A stretch of 64,000 bases of DNA from Vitrella brassicaformis CCMP3155 (Eukaryota > Protista > Chromerida): contig CDMY01000495.1 in the NCBI GenBank assembly GCA_001179505.1, positions 1,257 to 65,256 on the forward strand, read 5' to 3'. This document shows, in pieces, positions 62,072 through 64,000 of the stretch (positions are counted from its first letter, which is position 1; every line of letters starts with the position of its first letter). The position numbers and the translations under genes are program-made. Under the pieces are notes generated by a model that saw only the letters and a program-made list of their open reading frames with translations, was not told the DNA's origin and did no database searches.

Positions 62072-63314
62072 TGTCCGCGATAACCATAATCGCCCTGCAC
62101 TTCGACAGAGACCGAGCCACCGCCACTGGTACGCAAAACATGGCCCACTCCCCACTGGCTCCATGTGTGATCGTTTCTTCCGTTTTGCAGGTCTGGCTGT
62201 GTCGGGCAGCGGCATCGGGACAGTTTCCTTAGCGCCCACCTTCGACGCGCTCCTTTCCGCTTTGGGTTGGCGCAATACATTTCGTGTCCAGGCAGCCCTC
62301 TGTACGGCCTTGATCTTATTGGCATCAATCTTCTTCTTCAAGAGGCCGCAGGAGACCGACCGACAGGCACCCCATCAGCAGCAGCAGCACGCAGAAGCCA
62401 AGGTCGCCACGTCTCTTCCAGCGAGTGCTGAGCAGAAGCAAGAACACCTGGTTCCAAGCTCAGCAGCTGATGACGGCAGGCAGGAAGTCTCGGCGGCGTC
62501 TGCTTCGCCTGCGCGGTCTGGTTCAGTGGGGGGAAAGCAGCCCGTGTCGGTTTATCAGGCGGTGCTATCGGCCTTCGACTGGTCTTTGTTCCGGGACAGC
62601 CGATTCCTGATGATCTGGACCGGACAATTCTGCGGCTCATTCGCCTACCTCGGTGCCATCTCGCACTGGCCCACATGGTCAGTCAGCACTGTTTGGAGAA
62701 CGCCGTACTCAGTGCCGCACGTCCGCATGTGTGTCTGTGTGTTGTCGTGATTGATGGATGCATTCAGGGGCATAGAGAACGGATTATCGTCTGACCGAGC
62801 CGCTCTCACCGTCACCGCCTTCGGTGCGTCATCCACCGTCGGCCGAGTCATCGTAGGCAAGCTCGCCGATACCTTCGGCCGCATCGGCACCTTCTGGGTC
62901 GGCACTCTTGTGATGGCGCTCGACATCGCCTTCCTCACCATCGCCCGCCGCCTGTGGCAGCTTATTCTCTTCGCCTGCCTGTTCGGCGTCTCTTCAGGTG
63001 CTTTCATCTCGCTGACACCTGTTGTGGTGGCTCAGCTGTTCGGCACTCATCGGTTGCCAGGGGCCCTGGGCTTCCTGTATATGGGTATCGGTATCGCCGG
63101 CTGTGGTGGCGCACCGTTTGCTGGCTGGGTGGCCGATCGCGCCAACTACCCTGTTGCATTTATTTGTGTCGCCCTCGTGATGGCCGCGGGGTGCTCGTGC
63201 ATCGGTGCCTTGTGGGTGCGGACGGCGTGCATCGGGCAGCATCGGCTGTTTCGCAACCAGACCAGCACAGCCACACTGGAAGAGCCGAGCCGGGGAGGCG
63301 CTGCTGCTGTGTGA
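61358..63314 (+). CDS. MFS monocarboxylate-transporter-like (SLC16/MCT) permease
   Basis: GWTVVVASW..GTLYTFGVFFPYL, KYGHR, GVVSGFGFGL, GLAVSGSGIG, LGWRNTFR, FDWSLFRD..F, GRVIVGKLADTFG, LFGTHRLPGALG. Confidence 0.9.
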
Positions 63315-63597
63315 AGAGTGATGGGGGAGTGGAAGGGGAGTATTGGCATTTGCAAATTTGAAGCCGTGGTCATCCCACGTACACAATGTCATCCTTTTCC
63401 GCCTGCTGTTGCAGTAATGTGTATACGTCGTCTGTGCTGCATGGTATGCTTGACTTTTTTCGTCTCGACATCCTATGTATATCAGCACTGCGCTCTTTGT
63501 CAGCCAGAGGTACATGACAGTTTTCGTCCACACTCACTTTATTACCAATCGCTCCAATACCGTCGCTCATTACAACATTCCTGAGAGCATTCGTCCA

Positions 63598-64000
63598 TCA
63601 CACCGCGAAAGAGACGCGAACCGCGAGAAGTAAAAGATCGATCTCATCACTCTCACCAACTGAAGAACCGGACAAACGGACCTGACAAACAGGAGAAACA
63701 AAAAGACATGATACATACATCCTGAGGTGTTCTACTTCTTGACAAGTAAGTCTTGTGACTGGAGTTTGAGGAAAGACAGACGGATTGCAAACATTCCATT
63801 CAGGCATGCCACTTAGTGGAGAGCCTGTATCTGCCTCTGTGTACCTCACTGTGGCAGTCTCTTCTGCCAAAACGAATTCGTTTCTTGGGATGGTTCCACC
63901 TGCATGCAGACCGCATGCGCCGCGGGGGCGGCCCCCAGTCCCCAACAAAATGCTGACCTTCAAGCAGCTTCTTTCCCGTGCCCAGAGCGCGAAAAGGCCT
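63598..64000 (-). CDS. Partial gene entering from the right edge; weak resemblance to the start of a SET domain
   Basis: Open frame from the window edge: GLHAGGTIPRNEFVLAEE; no C-terminal SET motifs seen. Confidence 0.3.
   Translation of the reverse strand, partial: GLFALWARERSCLKVSILLGTGGRPRGACGLHAGGTIPRNEFVLAEETATVRYTEADTGSPLSGMPEWNVCNPSVFPQTPVTRLTCQEVEHLRMYVSCLFVSPVCQVRLSGSSVGESDEIDLLLLAVRVSFAV

Overview
Eukaryotic nuclear DNA, GC-rich and very intron-dense (short GT-AG introns full of (TG)n/(TC)n/(CAGA)n/(TGGA)n microsatellites), with four 300-N assembly gaps. Style and gene content (plastid-type bipartite presequences, flagellar DNAAF1, an expanded lineage-specific F-box-like family) point to the chromerid alga Vitrella brassicaformis; this is an inference. 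I reconstructed about 24 spliced protein-coding genes by hand: GH13 alpha-amylase, a Cid1-family RNA nucleotidyltransferase fused to a degenerate RNase D-like domain, a PAN/apple-like secreted protein, a U-box protein, G3BP, TMEM43, DNAAF1, PrxQ/BCP, a TPK two-pore K+ channel, a bacterial-type FAD oxidoreductase, a zf-PARP+PADR1 protein, an RBR ligase, DNA polymerase iota, an inverted paralog pair, a GNAT, a CNNM/CorC protein, an MCT-like MFS transporter and several hypotheticals. I saw no tRNA, rRNA, CRISPR array or recognisable transposon. Top leads: (1) the apparently plastid-targeted pseudo-exonuclease/HRDC + TUTase-like enzyme as a candidate for the chromerid plastid 3' poly(U)-tailing enzyme; (2) an 8-bp motif AGCTCGCA recurring in the short spacers of head-to-head gene pairs; (3) introns whose 5' and 3' halves carry complementary microsatellites. 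All gene models are manual and untested against transcripts.
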